Below are positions 34,697 through 45,129 of a DNA stretch of 64,000 bases, in pieces. Both the position numbers and the translations under genes were made by a program. The notes under the pieces are model-generated. The model saw only the letters and a list, made by a program, of their open reading frames with translations, did not search any database and was not told where the DNA came from. Location: positions 3,807,812 through 3,871,811 of the forward strand of contig OZ244048.1 in NCBI GenBank assembly GCA_965215265.1. Direction: 5' to 3'. This DNA is from Candidatus Poribacteria bacterium (GTDB lineage Bacteria; Poribacteria; WGA-4E; WGA-3G). Numbering within the stretch: the stretch's first letter is position 1; each line of letters starts with the position of its first letter.

Positions 34697-36196
34697 TTAA
34701 TTGGCGAGATTTGCTACAGTGTAATTGGGTGCTTCTTCGGTGATATCAATGTCGTGCGGATGGCTTTCGCGGTGGCCGCTGCTTGACATGCGTATGAACT
34801 GGCTATCTCTACGTAAAGATTCGATATCTGGTGTGCCGCAATAACCCATGGCGGAACGGACACCGCCAACGAGTTGATAGACGAAGTTACTCAGTTTGCC
34901 TTTATGTGGAACTCTCCCTTCAATGCCCCGGGGTACGAGTTTTGAGACATCTTCTGTGGTCGGTTCTGGGTGTTGGCCGATTTGCTTGCGTAATGCACCG
35001 AGTGAGCCCATGCCTCTGTGCATCTTGTAGGTGCGTCCCTGATAGATAATTGTTGAGCCTGGGCTTTCATCAGTGCCAGCAAAGAGACTTCCGATCATGA
35101 CAGAGCTAGCGCCGGCACCAATGGCCTTGGCGATATCGCCTGAATACCGGATGCCGCCATCAGCGATGATGGGAACACCGAATTTGTCTGCTTCCTCAGC
35201 GCAGTCGTATATCGCCGTAATCTGGGGGATGCTGACCCCGGCGATGATGCGTGTTGTACAAATAGAGCCAGGACCGACACCGACTTTGACAGCATCTGCC
35301 CCCGCCTCTATGAGACTTCGTGTGCCTTCAGGGGTAACAACGTTTCCTGCGACGAGCTCCACATGAGGAAATGTAGATTTAGCGAATTCTGTTGCGCGAA
35401 TCACGTTTTTAGAATGGCCGTGTGCTGTATCCATTACAAGGACATCGACACCTACTTCAACAAGTTGTGCTGCATCATCGAGATTTGTTGATGGCTGTAT
35501 TGCGGCACCGACGCGAAGTCGCCCCGACTCATCCTTACAAGCGTGCGGAAACTGTTGTACTTTGTCAATGTCCTTGATTGTGATGAGTCCACAGAGGTGA
35601 AAATGTGAATCAACGATCGGGAGTTTTTCCTTTCGTGATTCGTGAAGAATCTTTTTGGCTTTTTCAAGCGTAATTCCCGGGGATGCAGTGATGAGTTTTT
35701 CACCGGGTGTCATCCGTTCAGTGACGGGTAAGTCTAAATTCTCTTCATATTTGAGATCTCGATTGGTAATGAGTCCGACTAGATATCCATCTTTTTTGAT
35801 AACAGGGACCCCGCCGATGCGGTATCTGGCGGTTAATTCGAGAGCATCCCGAATCGTCTTGTCTGGAGTGAGCGTAATCGGTGATGTAATCATTCCACTC
35901 TCGGAACGTTTGACACGGTCTACCTCAGATACCTGTTCATCGATGGTACAATTATAGTGAATGATTCCGAGCCCCCCTTCTCTTGCGATTGCAATAGCGA
36001 GTGTTGCTTCAGTGACGGTGTCCATCGGTGCACTGCAGAGCGGAATGTTCAGGCGTAGATTGCGCGTGAACTGCGTACGGGTATCTACTTCCGCTGGGAG
36101 CAGTTCCGATGCCGCTGGAATCAGCAAAACGTCGTCAAAAGTTAACCCTTCTTTCGCAAATTTCGGGGGGAAAGTATCGGAAATTTTGGTGTCCAT
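34697..36196 (-). CDS. guaB: inosine-5'-monophosphate dehydrogenase
   Basis: IMPDH catalytic loop with Cys ([11 protein letters not shown]). Tandem CBS domains. Start ATG 36196 with SD AAGGAG. 500 aa. Confidence 0.9.
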   Translation of the reverse strand: MDTKISDTFPPKFAKEGLTFDDVLLIPAASELLPAEVDTRTQFTRNLRLNIPLCSAPMDTVTEATLAIAIAREGGLGIIHYNCTIDEQVSEVDRVKRSESGMITSPITLTPDKTIRDALELTARYRIGGVPVIKKDGYLVGLITNRDLKYEENLDLPVTERMTPGEKLITASPGITLEKAKKILHESRKEKLPIVDSHFHLCGLITIKDIDKVQQFPHACKDESGRLRVGAAIQPSTNLDDAAQLVEVGVDVLVMDTAHGHSKNVIRATEFAKSTFPHVELVAGNVVTPEGTRSLIEAGADAVKVGVGPGSICTTRIIAGVSIPQITAIYDCAEEADKFGVPIIADGGIRYSGDIAKAIGAGASSVMIGSLFAGTDESPGSTIIYQGRTYKMHRGMGSLGALRKQIGQHPEPTTEDVSKLVPRGIEGRVPHKGKLSNFVYQLVGGVRSAMGYCGTPDIESLRRDSQFIRMSSSGHRESHPHDIDITEEAPNYTVANLAN

Positions 36197-36595
36197 TGGA
36201 ATCGTCTCCTTAAAAAAGGTAAGATGCCAGAAAGTCTTCAGTGAGCACTGCACGGAAATATTCACGCCCGCCTTATCGCTACTGTCGACAAAAAAATGCA
36301 AACCCTAATATATTATAACACATTTTATCTTTTATGTCAACCTATTCCTAATTTTTTGCCCCGAACACGATGTCTCTTTTCCCCAATGATGTTTGCATAA
36401 GTGCACGACTTATACCAGAATTATAAAGGAAAACATAAATTATATCAAGAAATTTTTGTTATTTTTAGGTGTATTAGGAAAATAGAAAACTGATCAGATG
36501 ATTTCCAGCATCTGATAGGCTTCTTATTCACATCATGCCGAGGCTCGCCGATTCAGAGAAAATTGAATCGCCTATTGACTACAGTAAAAAAATCT

Positions 36596-36624
36596 TTGAA
36601 TCTCACGTAGAAATATGATATAAT
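36596..36624 (+). promoter_or_regulatory. strong sigma70-like promoter (TTGAAT-N17-TATAAT)
   Basis: Consensus-grade -35/-10 with 17-nt spacer in an AT-rich 850-bp gap. ~490 nt upstream of the Gfo/Idh/MocA ATG at 37122. Confidence 0.45.
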
Positions 36625-37121
36625 AATACTAAGTTCACGCGCAGCGAGAGCAGAACGTAATCGCCTATGACACAAGAATCAGAATTCCTGAAGTTTTTCG
36701 AGGGACCCCTCGGACAGTTCGCAGACAGGGCAACGCGGAGGAACATCTGTCTGCTTGCCCGATTGCGTTTTCTTCACTCATCATCACGTCTTTCACTGCA
36801 GCCAACAACCAACTTTTTAAGGTAGGTATGTGCAACCTGCCTAACCCGTTGTCAGCACGGAACTGAACACCGGTGGGAGATTTGAATCATGAATAGGGTC
36901 ATTTTGTTTTCAACATTTTCTTGGCTTTGCCAAGAGAGTTACAAGCTAGAGCTCGCCGCTACAAGGGAGTCTCGCGATTTAGCGCGGGTTCTTAACATAG
37001 AGCTAAATCGCCTTAAATCATGAAAATAAAAGAGCCTTAAAAATCTGAATTTGTGCTAAAATTTGAGTATTTTGCAGGGTTTGATAAGTTTTGTGAAAGG
37101 AAAGAAAAGGAAAGGCATACG

Positions 37122-38174
37122 ATGAATACGAAAGATAATCTAAACGTTGGTATCGTTGGTCTGGGTTGGGTTGCGGGTGCACACATTGAGACGTTCAAGA
37201 CGGTTCAAGGTGGGACAGTTACGGCTATCTGCTCACGGCGCGAACACGATGAAGTAGAACTTGAAGCGACATACCGTACACCGCTGAAAGCTTATACAGA
37301 CTACGAAGAGATGCTTGCCGATCCGGACGTAGACATCGTTGATATTTGCACACCGCATCCATTCCATGCGGCGCAAGCGATTGCTGCTGCGGAAGCCGGG
37401 AAGCATCTGATTATTGAAAAACCGATCTGTTTAACTTATGAAGATGCGAAGGCAATTCGCGATGCGGTCAAAAAAGCGGGGGTGCATGTGTGCGTCTGTT
37501 TTGAGTGCCGTTACAGCGCGCATTTCACGATGATTCGTTCAGTGATTGACAATGGGCTGCTCGGTGAGCTCCACTACGCCGAAGTTGATTATTACCATGG
37601 CATCGGCCCCTGGTACGGGCAGTATGAATGGAATATCAAAAAGGATTTTGGCGGTAGTACCCTGCTGACGGCTGGATGCCACGCACTGGACGCGCTGCTC
37701 TTCTTTATGGATGGGAACGTTGAAGAGGTGACGAGTTATCATACGCAATCCGCTGGCGAGGTCTTCCAACCGTACGAGTATAAGACGACGAGTGTGAGCC
37801 TTCTGAAATTTGAAGGGGGCCATAAGATAGGAAAAGTGACATCTTGTGTGGACTGCCTCCAGCCTTACTACTTCCATATCCATCTGGTGGGAAGTGAGGG
37901 CAGCCTCTTAGACAACCGTATCTATTCGGCGAAACTTAAGGGGATGGATAAAAGCCGGTGGAGTACGCTTGAGACATCGCTGATTGACTCTGGTGATGTG
38001 AGCGACCATCCGTATGAACCGCAGTTCCAAGCGTTTATAGACGGTATTCACAAGAATGTGCCGATGCCGCTCACCGATTTTGATACGGCTTTTGAATCGC
38101 ATCGGGTGGTTTTTGCGGCGGATATGTCTGCGGAAGCCGGCGGCAGAACAGTCAGGTTGTCAGAATTGGCGTAG
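37122..38174 (+). CDS. Gfo/Idh/MocA-family oxidoreductase
   Basis: Rossmann [17 protein letters not shown] 37122 with SD AAAGGAAAGG. Confidence 0.8.
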   Translation: MNTKDNLNVGIVGLGWVAGAHIETFKTVQGGTVTAICSRREHDEVELEATYRTPLKAYTDYEEMLADPDVDIVDICTPHPFHAAQAIAAAEAGKHLIIEKPICLTYEDAKAIRDAVKKAGVHVCVCFECRYSAHFTMIRSVIDNGLLGELHYAEVDYYHGIGPWYGQYEWNIKKDFGGSTLLTAGCHALDALLFFMDGNVEEVTSYHTQSAGEVFQPYEYKTTSVSLLKFEGGHKIGKVTSCVDCLQPYYFHIHLVGSEGSLLDNRIYSAKLKGMDKSRWSTLETSLIDSGDVSDHPYEPQFQAFIDGIHKNVPMPLTDFDTAFESHRVVFAADMSAEAGGRTVRLSELA

Positions 38175-38227
38175 GGAATTTTGTGTCTAGTTCATGAGGT
38201 GTGTGGCTGGCTGCTATTGTCCTACGC

Positions 38228-38815
38228 CTACCAACGCATCGCAGCTTCACGATAGAGTTGAATCTGCTCCATATTGCGGGGTATTGCGACATGGATGGAT
38301 TTACGCTTCCGATCTGCAGCTTTGAGGACAATAGGTGCACGAAGCATATTTTTCATGGTGACTATACCGGAGTGATAGAAAACCCATAGCCGTTGTTCGG
38401 TGTAAGGGTTGAGGATATATTCTGTGTGCTGTCCTTGGTGCGCTCCGGGCGTGCCTGCTGGGAAAAGGTCATAAGTCGGATAAGTGAGTTCCACACTTCT
38501 ATCATGTCCTTCTAAAAAGAGTTTTTCGGGCGGAACTTTGGGCGAGTAGCCGCTCAGTTTGCAGGTACGGAATCGGATGGGGGCACCTGATTTATTACTC
38601 AGGTGAAGCGATACAACTATGGCTAAGCGATGATTGTCGTCCCGGTTGATGAACCACGTATCCTCAGGGATCATCTCTACAGTCAACCCTTGAATTTGGC
38701 GTTTTTTGTGGTAGACAACAGCTAAGGTGATAAAAGAGACAGTAGCGAGGAGTGCCCACTGTCCAGTGGGGGTAGCTAGAAATTGTAAGAGCTGCTTTAC
38801 CGCTTGTTGTAACAC
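38228..38815 (-). CDS. hypothetical membrane-anchored protein
   Basis: One N-terminal TM helix (ALLATVSFITLAVVY). No known motif. 3' end overlaps tsaC by 19 nt. Confidence 0.35.
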   Translation of the reverse strand: MLQQAVKQLLQFLATPTGQWALLATVSFITLAVVYHKKRQIQGLTVEMIPEDTWFINRDDNHRLAIVVSLHLSNKSGAPIRFRTCKLSGYSPKVPPEKLFLEGHDRSVELTYPTYDLFPAGTPGAHQGQHTEYILNPYTEQRLWVFYHSGIVTMKNMLRAPIVLKAADRKRKSIHVAIPRNMEQIQLYREAAMRW

Positions 38816-39414
38816 GCGAACTCCTTAGCGAGTGTTTCTTCGGAAATGACACCGTGGCGGCGGATACACGGGGGCGAGACAGAAATATCATATACGGTTG
38901 ATGGAACGGGCCCGGGGGTTTGTCCGCCATCAACTACGCTATCAATTTTCGCGGCGAGCTCTGCCCCGAGCTCTTGAACGGAAGTAGCGGGTGGCTCGCC
39001 TGATAGATTTGCACTGGTTATTGCCATGGGACCGCCAAACTCACGGAGAATTTGCAAAAGCACCGGGTGGTTCGGAATGCGGATTCCGACGGTATTACCA
39101 CCAGCAGTAACGATTGGTAGTAGATTTTTTGCTTCGACAATGATTGTCAAACCACCGGGCCAAAACCGCTCTGTCAAATGAAAAAAGAAGGAGGGGAGGT
39201 TTTGTGCAACTTGCTCGACATCGGCGACAGCACCCAGCATCAGCGGAATTGGTTTACCGTCGGGACGTCCCTTCAAGGTGTAGAGTTTTTGTACTGCCTC
39301 TGCATTAAAAGCATCTGCACCTAATCCATATACGGTATCAGTAGGGACTGCCAAAATGCCGCCAGTTGTGAGACATTCGGTGGCTTGTGTCATTTTTTGT
39401 GTTAGATGTTGCAT
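38797..39414 (-). CDS. tsaC: L-threonylcarbamoyladenylate synthase (YrdC/Sua5 family)
   Basis: ILAVPTDTVYGLGADAFNAEAVQKLYTLKGRPDGKPIPLML. ATG 39414 with SD GGAGAAG. Confidence 0.8.
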   Translation of the reverse strand: MQHLTQKMTQATECLTTGGILAVPTDTVYGLGADAFNAEAVQKLYTLKGRPDGKPIPLMLGAVADVEQVAQNLPSFFFHLTERFWPGGLTIIVEAKNLLPIVTAGGNTVGIRIPNHPVLLQILREFGGPMAITSANLSGEPPATSVQELGAELAAKIDSVVDGGQTPGPVPSTVYDISVSPPCIRRHGVISEETLAKEFACYNKR

Positions 39415-39578
39415 CTTCTCCGTCTCTTTCACTGCGTCTGGACCTTATAGGTGCGGTTTTCTTACAGGTCCATCGGTGTGTCCTCTTTATAGTATATGTG
39501 TTCGTCGTATTGCCAGTTATTGCCTGTCTATGAGATGCCTCTCCGGAGCACGATACGTTTCAGTAGGCGCTATGTGCT

Positions 39579-40571
39579 TTAAACAAGTGTACCGTTTGCA
39601 GCAGCATTGAGGTCAAGCCTATCACGGAGCCCTTGCTGGTATTTATGATAGGCGATTCCGGCAATCATTGCCCCGTTATCGGTGCAAAGTGGGATTGGCG
39701 GGTAGTAGACGTTCGCGCCGATATTATCAGCGGCAGTTTTGAGAGAGGTACGCAGCTGGCTATTCGCAGCGACGCCGCCGGTCAAGGTTATCGTGCGCGC
39801 GCCAGTCTCTTTCGCTGCGCGAACTGTTTTATAAACGAGGACATCTACAACAGCGGCTTGGAAACTCGCGGCAACATTTTCTATGCAAACGTTTTGCGTT
39901 TTCTCCACAAAATAACGTACGGACGTTTTAATGCCGCTAAAACTGAATTGGTAGTCGCCACTATTCCGGAGGGGGCGGGGGAAATTTATGGCCATCGGAT
40001 CTCCTTTCTGGGCGAGTTCGTCAATGACGCGCCCTCCCGGAAAACCGAGCCCCAAGTATTTGGCGACTTTATCATAGACTTCGCCGGCGGCATCATCTTG
40101 CGTGCTTCCTAATACCTTGTACTTCCACCCCTCATTAACTTCTACGAGCAGCGTATGTCCGCCAGAAACCGTAAGGCAGATATGCGGAAACCTCAAGCGA
40201 TCATGTACCATAAAGTTGGCGTAGATGTGCCCTTCAATGTGATTGATGCCGAGCAACGGCAGGCTATGGCAATAAGCGAGGCTCTTCGCGGCTGCAACAC
40301 CGACAAGCAATGCACCTATTAAGCCGGGCCGATTGGTAACAGCGACTGCGTTTAACTCTTGGAAAGAGATACCGGCTTGAGTCATCGCTCGATTAACGAT
40401 GTAGTTAATCGCTTCAATGTGTTTGCGTGATGCCAATTCCGGAACAATGCCACCGTATTCGCGGTGCTGTTCAATCTGTGAAGCGATAACGTTGGAGAGG
40501 AGCTCGCGTCCGTCCTTAACGACGGCGGCAGCGGTTTCATCACAAGAGGTATCAATGCCGAGAATTTTCAT
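39579..40571 (-). CDS. tsaD: tRNA N6-adenosine threonylcarbamoyltransferase
   Basis: MKILGIDTSCDETAAAVV N-terminus. Kae1/TsaD His-pair region GHIEGH. Confidence 0.9.
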   Translation of the reverse strand: MKILGIDTSCDETAAAVVKDGRELLSNVIASQIEQHREYGGIVPELASRKHIEAINYIVNRAMTQAGISFQELNAVAVTNRPGLIGALLVGVAAAKSLAYCHSLPLLGINHIEGHIYANFMVHDRLRFPHICLTVSGGHTLLVEVNEGWKYKVLGSTQDDAAGEVYDKVAKYLGLGFPGGRVIDELAQKGDPMAINFPRPLRNSGDYQFSFSGIKTSVRYFVEKTQNVCIENVAASFQAAVVDVLVYKTVRAAKETGARTITLTGGVAANSQLRTSLKTAADNIGANVYYPPIPLCTDNGAMIAGIAYHKYQQGLRDRLDLNAAANGTLV

Positions 40572-40732
40572 TGTTGATTCGTGGCGATAAGGCAAATTTT
40601 TGTAGAGTGCTTAGAGAACTTTTCGCAACGTGATTTATGATTATTTTTCCGAGTGAGCTGCTCGCGAGGGGCGCATGCATCAATTTTGCTCACGAGCAGC
40701 TAATCTGACTGGCTTGTTATGCAGTTCTGTTA

Positions 40733-42655
40733 TTAATTAAATCCACCGCTCATCATGCTAAGCATTTGAATGAATTGTTTGAAATCGCCGAGCGTGAGGA
40801 GGAGTTTCGCGTCGATGCCTCCGTCTCGTGCTTTGGCAGCGAAGCCGATGCTATAATTATCAGGTAGGTTCATCAGCATGCCCTCAAACGCTTGCAGTTC
40901 TGCAGCAGCGTTGGGGTCTGTGATTGGTATTAAAGGTAGAGCACCTTTAACTGCGATTATCGGCGAAATTGCTAAAAAGAGGTTATTCGCCGTGCCTAAC
41001 CTTTCTGCGAGATGCTGATAACTCGGATTTTCTGCAAGGGTGGCTCCTGTTCCTGACATCCGATCCAAGGCGTTTTTAATCGGTTGCGAACTGGCACCCA
41101 TGGATTGCAACAACTGTCCTTCATGAAAAGCGTAGTAAAAGTTATACGTTTGCGGCATGATTTGTGAAACAGATGGCGGAACATCCTGAAAAGCCTCCGT
41201 GAAGTTAGGGAAGAGGTAGCTTTTAATCTCTACGCCGTTATGCATTTCAGGGGTTCCGGCATGTGCATCCTTGTAAAGGTTAGGGGCTTGCACACTTAAG
41301 AGTCCGAGTGTCAATTGCTGTGAGACCTGTAATTGGTCAAGAAATGCTTCATCCATATAGGCCCTCACTTTTTGTTCATCTTGTAAATCAACAACGTTGA
41401 GATAATCTGGTATTAAACTATCCTCGAAATTCATGGTGAAAGTGCTAGTACCGCTGAGTGCCTCATACAAAGGAGTAGATATTTGGAGAAATTGTTCTAG
41501 TTGTTTCTTACCTTCCGGACCCTCTGCAAAAAGTTTCAATGAGGCTGTCATAAACTGAAGTAGTATGTCTGGACTCATCTGCAGTGCGCCATTGATAAAC
41601 GCGCGTTCGGGTAGAGTGTTGAGGCTTGTTAATTCCTGTGGCATTCCTTTCAGATGTTTCTGAATTTCGCTTTCGCTTTTGAATTCGAGGAAGTGCCCGA
41701 TTTGGATATCTGTGCCCTCAAGTTGAAGCGTTAAACCGAGGGATTTCAGCTGTTCAACGGTGCCTATGGCCATTCCGAACATCTTTTCAAATAGCACACT
41801 ATTCCCCATTGTTGCCGGATTGCTCTCCATGCTGTCAACTATAGAGCCCATCTCTTTCTTTAGTGCAGCACTCAGCATTGGCCCAATGGATTCAAAGCCG
41901 AGGTGAACTGTAATTAAGTTGTCAGTTTCCAAAGCATCGTTGAGGAGTGAGGCATAATCGGCATTCATTGTGATGGCTTGTGCCATGCCCTTATGGATAT
42001 CAATGGCATTTTCACAAACAGTCGCCTGCTGTGAAAAAACGAGAATGTCATTTAAAATAGCGAAGCTGCCGCTCCCACCTGCTGCATTCCAATAGGTGAT
42101 GCCGTTATATTCAACAGGTGAGGTGCCTTCCGCCTCCATTTCAATGACTTGCATCATTGCATCGGGTTCAGTCAAATGGACTGTTGCTGAAATTACTGGA
42201 GGTTCTAAGTGAGTGAAAAAGATTGCAAAATCCCTATTTAAATCGATCCCAATCTCTTCCAATTCTGAGAGTGTTTCAAATCCGGCACCGAACGTATCGG
42301 CTAAGATGCTGGCGAGGAGTTCTGGCGGCTGGGCGGCAGGCAGTAAATCAGCAGCCATTATGTTAATCCGCGTGTCTAATTCATTCAAACTGGGACAATA
42401 AATCAGTCCTAAATTCTTCTCAGGGATCAGATGCAAAACGCTATCGCTCGGCACCGTCGGCATACGGATTGCTACCGCTTCGGGAGCATCCCCGGGCATA
42501 TCACCTTCTTTTTCTTCTGTTTCATTTGTGACTTCAGGTTTAGAAGTCTGTGCTTCCATCGGAGTTGATGGATTCGCTTTTGAACTACACGCTATGAACA
42601 AAAATGGGCTTAAGAATGACAAGAGTACCAGGGTTAAAACCAAACATTTCTTCAT
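40733..42655 (-). CDS. large secreted lipoprotein, function unknown (DUF3352-like size and composition)
   Basis: Lipobox LSPFLFIACSS after signal peptide. ~640 aa. Start ATG 42655. Confidence 0.4.
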   Translation of the reverse strand: MKKCLVLTLVLLSFLSPFLFIACSSKANPSTPMEAQTSKPEVTNETEEKEGDMPGDAPEAVAIRMPTVPSDSVLHLIPEKNLGLIYCPSLNELDTRINIMAADLLPAAQPPELLASILADTFGAGFETLSELEEIGIDLNRDFAIFFTHLEPPVISATVHLTEPDAMMQVIEMEAEGTSPVEYNGITYWNAAGGSGSFAILNDILVFSQQATVCENAIDIHKGMAQAITMNADYASLLNDALETDNLITVHLGFESIGPMLSAALKKEMGSIVDSMESNPATMGNSVLFEKMFGMAIGTVEQLKSLGLTLQLEGTDIQIGHFLEFKSESEIQKHLKGMPQELTSLNTLPERAFINGALQMSPDILLQFMTASLKLFAEGPEGKKQLEQFLQISTPLYEALSGTSTFTMNFEDSLIPDYLNVVDLQDEQKVRAYMDEAFLDQLQVSQQLTLGLLSVQAPNLYKDAHAGTPEMHNGVEIKSYLFPNFTEAFQDVPPSVSQIMPQTYNFYYAFHEGQLLQSMGASSQPIKNALDRMSGTGATLAENPSYQHLAERLGTANNLFLAISPIIAVKGALPLIPITDPNAAAELQAFEGMLMNLPDNYSIGFAAKARDGGIDAKLLLTLGDFKQFIQMLSMMSGGFN

Positions 42656-42760
42656 GACAGATTTCTCCAATTTGTTTGTCAGTGTTAAGCAATAGCGGAC
42701 CTTGCTGTTTTAGAGTGTCGCGATCCGGTGCTCGTGTTCAGAAAAAAAACTAAAATTCCT

Positions 42761-43858
42761 TTATTGCCGTTGATTTTGGACGGAGGTAATTTTTTCTTGA
42801 AGTGCGTTGATTTCGGCGTTGGAAGTGAGCACGCCGATTTCGACTTCGTAGTGTCTCCTACCGCCGGGTTCAATGTATTGTAAGGTGCCTTGCTCGCGTG
42901 CCGTTGCCCTGCCATCAACCGAGCAGTTTGAGGGTTCCAGTCCCATGACGTAGGTACCTTCGCTGCACATTTTCCATTGAACGAAGTTTGGGAATTGTGT
43001 TTTGTGGTATCGGACAGAAACCCCAATTCCGCGTCCGTTGTTAAAAGCACGGTTGACTAAGGCAACATGGATGTGGTTATCCACGTCAGCTTCCATAGTG
43101 TGGTAGTAAACTTGTTCTTGGAAATCGACGGTAGGCGGCTCTCCGCGGTTGTAATTATTCAGGTTGTGAGAGGCATGTTCGTCTCGAGGTGTGACTTGTG
43201 TAGAAGGTGCGAGGAATTCGCTGCCTTCTGCGAGGATAGGGAATCCGACATTAATATGGAAGAGGTACATGTGCGGTGAATCTTGGTATCCCAAGTTTTC
43301 GACGATATCCTCAATGTGTAAGGTATGGGACCCCAGCTCGGTCCAAATTCGCCGTGTGCGACAAAGATTTTCGCCCAATGCGGCGGTTTCGGTGACCTTT
43401 CCCTGTGCCCATAGCATGTACCTGTGCCCTTCCCATCGTCCATCAACCCACACGTTTTTGGCTGGAATGTGTGAGACCCGGCCATGTAATCCGAGTTCTT
43501 CGTCGGCATCGTGTGTGGGTGTACCGACTTGCCGCATGCCGCAGGTGGTCAACAAACCTCCGTAGAAACTGCGGAGCCAGCCAAACCGTTGTGGTTCATA
43601 ATGAGCTGGGTTGACATCCCCGGTGCTTGAACGCCAACAGAGGGGGATACCTTGATATTCTGCATAAGAGATATCCAATGCACGACTCGGTAGAACGGTA
43701 AAGTTCAAACCGGAACCGGTACGGAAATCAATCGCATCAACACCCTTTTCAGAACCGTCTGTGAGTTGATACTGTTTGGCGTGCGCAATTTGTGAAATAT
43801 CCCCTACGTGGCGAAGTAGTTGTATTCTATCATACTTTTCCCCATATAGGTTGATCAA
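42761..43858 (-). CDS. aldose-1-epimerase-like / DUF4432-family protein
   Basis: 365 aa, beta-rich. Weak resemblance to galactose-mutarotase-like fold proteins. Low certainty. Confidence 0.4.
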   Translation of the reverse strand: MINLYGEKYDRIQLLRHVGDISQIAHAKQYQLTDGSEKGVDAIDFRTGSGLNFTVLPSRALDISYAEYQGIPLCWRSSTGDVNPAHYEPQRFGWLRSFYGGLLTTCGMRQVGTPTHDADEELGLHGRVSHIPAKNVWVDGRWEGHRYMLWAQGKVTETAALGENLCRTRRIWTELGSHTLHIEDIVENLGYQDSPHMYLFHINVGFPILAEGSEFLAPSTQVTPRDEHASHNLNNYNRGEPPTVDFQEQVYYHTMEADVDNHIHVALVNRAFNNGRGIGVSVRYHKTQFPNFVQWKMCSEGTYVMGLEPSNCSVDGRATAREQGTLQYIEPGGRRHYEVEIGVLTSNAEINALQEKITSVQNQRQ

Positions 43859-44200
43859 ATTAACGTTCTCCTTCGTTTAAATTTCCATAAGGACTCGCGA
43901 ATTCTGTTATCAGGTTTTGGAAACTCAATATTATACAAAATTATAGCATAAATGTCTGAAAAAATGCAACTTTTTTGTGGGGTGTGTGGTGAGAGCGTTT
44001 TTAGTTGACAGCGTTTTGGTTTTTATGGTATCTTTAACACTTGAAGTCAATTCTCGCCTGCTGTCGTGCGCCAATGAATTTACCCTTTTTTGTAGTGTCC
44101 AGGGCTCACAGCCAAGAAAGTGTGTTATAAATGCTGTCTCGGTGTACAATTGCAGATAAGGCGAGCAAATCTGGGAATATATCTGTTTTGACACCAGAAT

Positions 44201-44319
44201 GCTAACCACTTCGGTTAGGGAGAACAAAAAATCGCCCAACGAGGCGAACGAGTCTGGTAGGATGTATCTATTTATGTGATTGTCCTAACCACTCCCGTTA
44301 AGGGGAGACGAAAAGGCAA
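44201..44319 (+). promoter_or_regulatory. duplicated 36-nt hairpin-containing motif upstream of tusA-like operon
   Basis: GCTAACCACTTCGGTTAGGGAGAACAAAAAATCGCC (44201-44236) and CCTAACCACTCCCGTTAAGGGGAGACGAAAAGGCAA (44284-44319). The second ends 8 nt before the ATG. Confidence 0.4.
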
Positions 44320-44326
44320 TTTGACA

Positions 44327-44578
44327 ATGAATTTACCCGATATCACGCCTGACGCTGTTTGCGATTTAGGCGACCTGAGCTGCGGAGACCTGATTATCGC
44401 GGTCTTAAGAGCGATGCGTCCTCTTGAACCGGGACAGATAGCACAAATCCGAGCAGTGGACCCGGGGGCACCTGTCGACATCGCGGCGTGGTGTAACATG
44501 AAAGGCAATGAACTTCTCGCAGATTGCTGTGGGGAAGACAAGGCCTATTTTTTTATTAAAAAAGGAGATCAGTACTAA
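44327..44578 (+). CDS. TusA-like sulfur-carrier protein (variant Cys motif CGD instead of CPxP)
   Basis: LGDLSCGDLIIAVLRAMRPLEPGQIAQIRAVDPGAPVDIAAWCNMKGNELL follows TusA two-layer alpha/beta pattern. Stop overlaps next start (TAATG). Confidence 0.5.
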   Translation: MNLPDITPDAVCDLGDLSCGDLIIAVLRAMRPLEPGQIAQIRAVDPGAPVDIAAWCNMKGNELLADCCGEDKAYFFIKKGDQY

Positions 44579-44937
44579 TGGCTAAACTCATGATTAGCAT
44601 TACCCATGCGAAAGATAACCCAGACAAAGCTACGGTAGGTTTTGTGGTGGCTAACGCCTCCGGTGCATCTGGCGTAGAGACGGTTGTATTCCTCAGTACA
44701 GACGGGGTATATCTTTCGCAAGCTGGGTACGCGGATGACACTCACGAAGAGGGCTTCGCGCCTCTGAAACAACTCATAGCGGATTTCGCAGAGATAGGTG
44801 GTACGATATGGGTGTGTTCGCCGTGTTTCAAAAAGCGTGCTCTTGATGCAAATAACCTTATCGATGCTGCCACAATTGTGGGCGGCGCGAAGGCTGTTGA
44901 GTTCTTAACGACAGGGGCTTCCTGTATCACCTATTGA
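44578..44937 (+). CDS. DsrE/DsrF-like sulfur-relay family protein
   Basis: 119 aa. MAKLMISITHAKDNPDKATVGFVVANASGASGVETVVFLSTDGV... with conserved Cys region WVCSPC. Confidence 0.6.
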   Translation: MAKLMISITHAKDNPDKATVGFVVANASGASGVETVVFLSTDGVYLSQAGYADDTHEEGFAPLKQLIADFAEIGGTIWVCSPCFKKRALDANNLIDAATIVGGAKAVEFLTTGASCITY

Positions 44938-45129
44938 AATTGGAAAAGGGAGTTGCTGCCTATCTCGGTAGAAACTTCTTTGAAGGATGGGTTTCATCCC
45001 AAGCCTGATGTGAGAATGCCTTTCTACAACGGAGTAAATTTCTAAAGACTTTACTATATGCTATTCCTTTGTAGGTAAGGCTTCTCATCAAACGTTCTAT
45101 TCTAAAAGATAAAGCATAAAATACAAAAG

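Noticed and set aside
25440-34700. Calling the repeat-delimited block a bona fide integron cassette array
   Set aside because: No intI gene or attI is in the window. The repeats are far more sequence-conserved than typical attC sites and I could not identify the R''/L''-L'/R' core pairs by eye. Kept as a hypothesis in findings and not annotated as a mobile_element.
43931-44239. 102-aa minus-strand ORF upstream of the TusA-like gene
   Set aside because: No SD and no motif. It overlaps the putative regulatory region of the plus-strand operon. Not supported.
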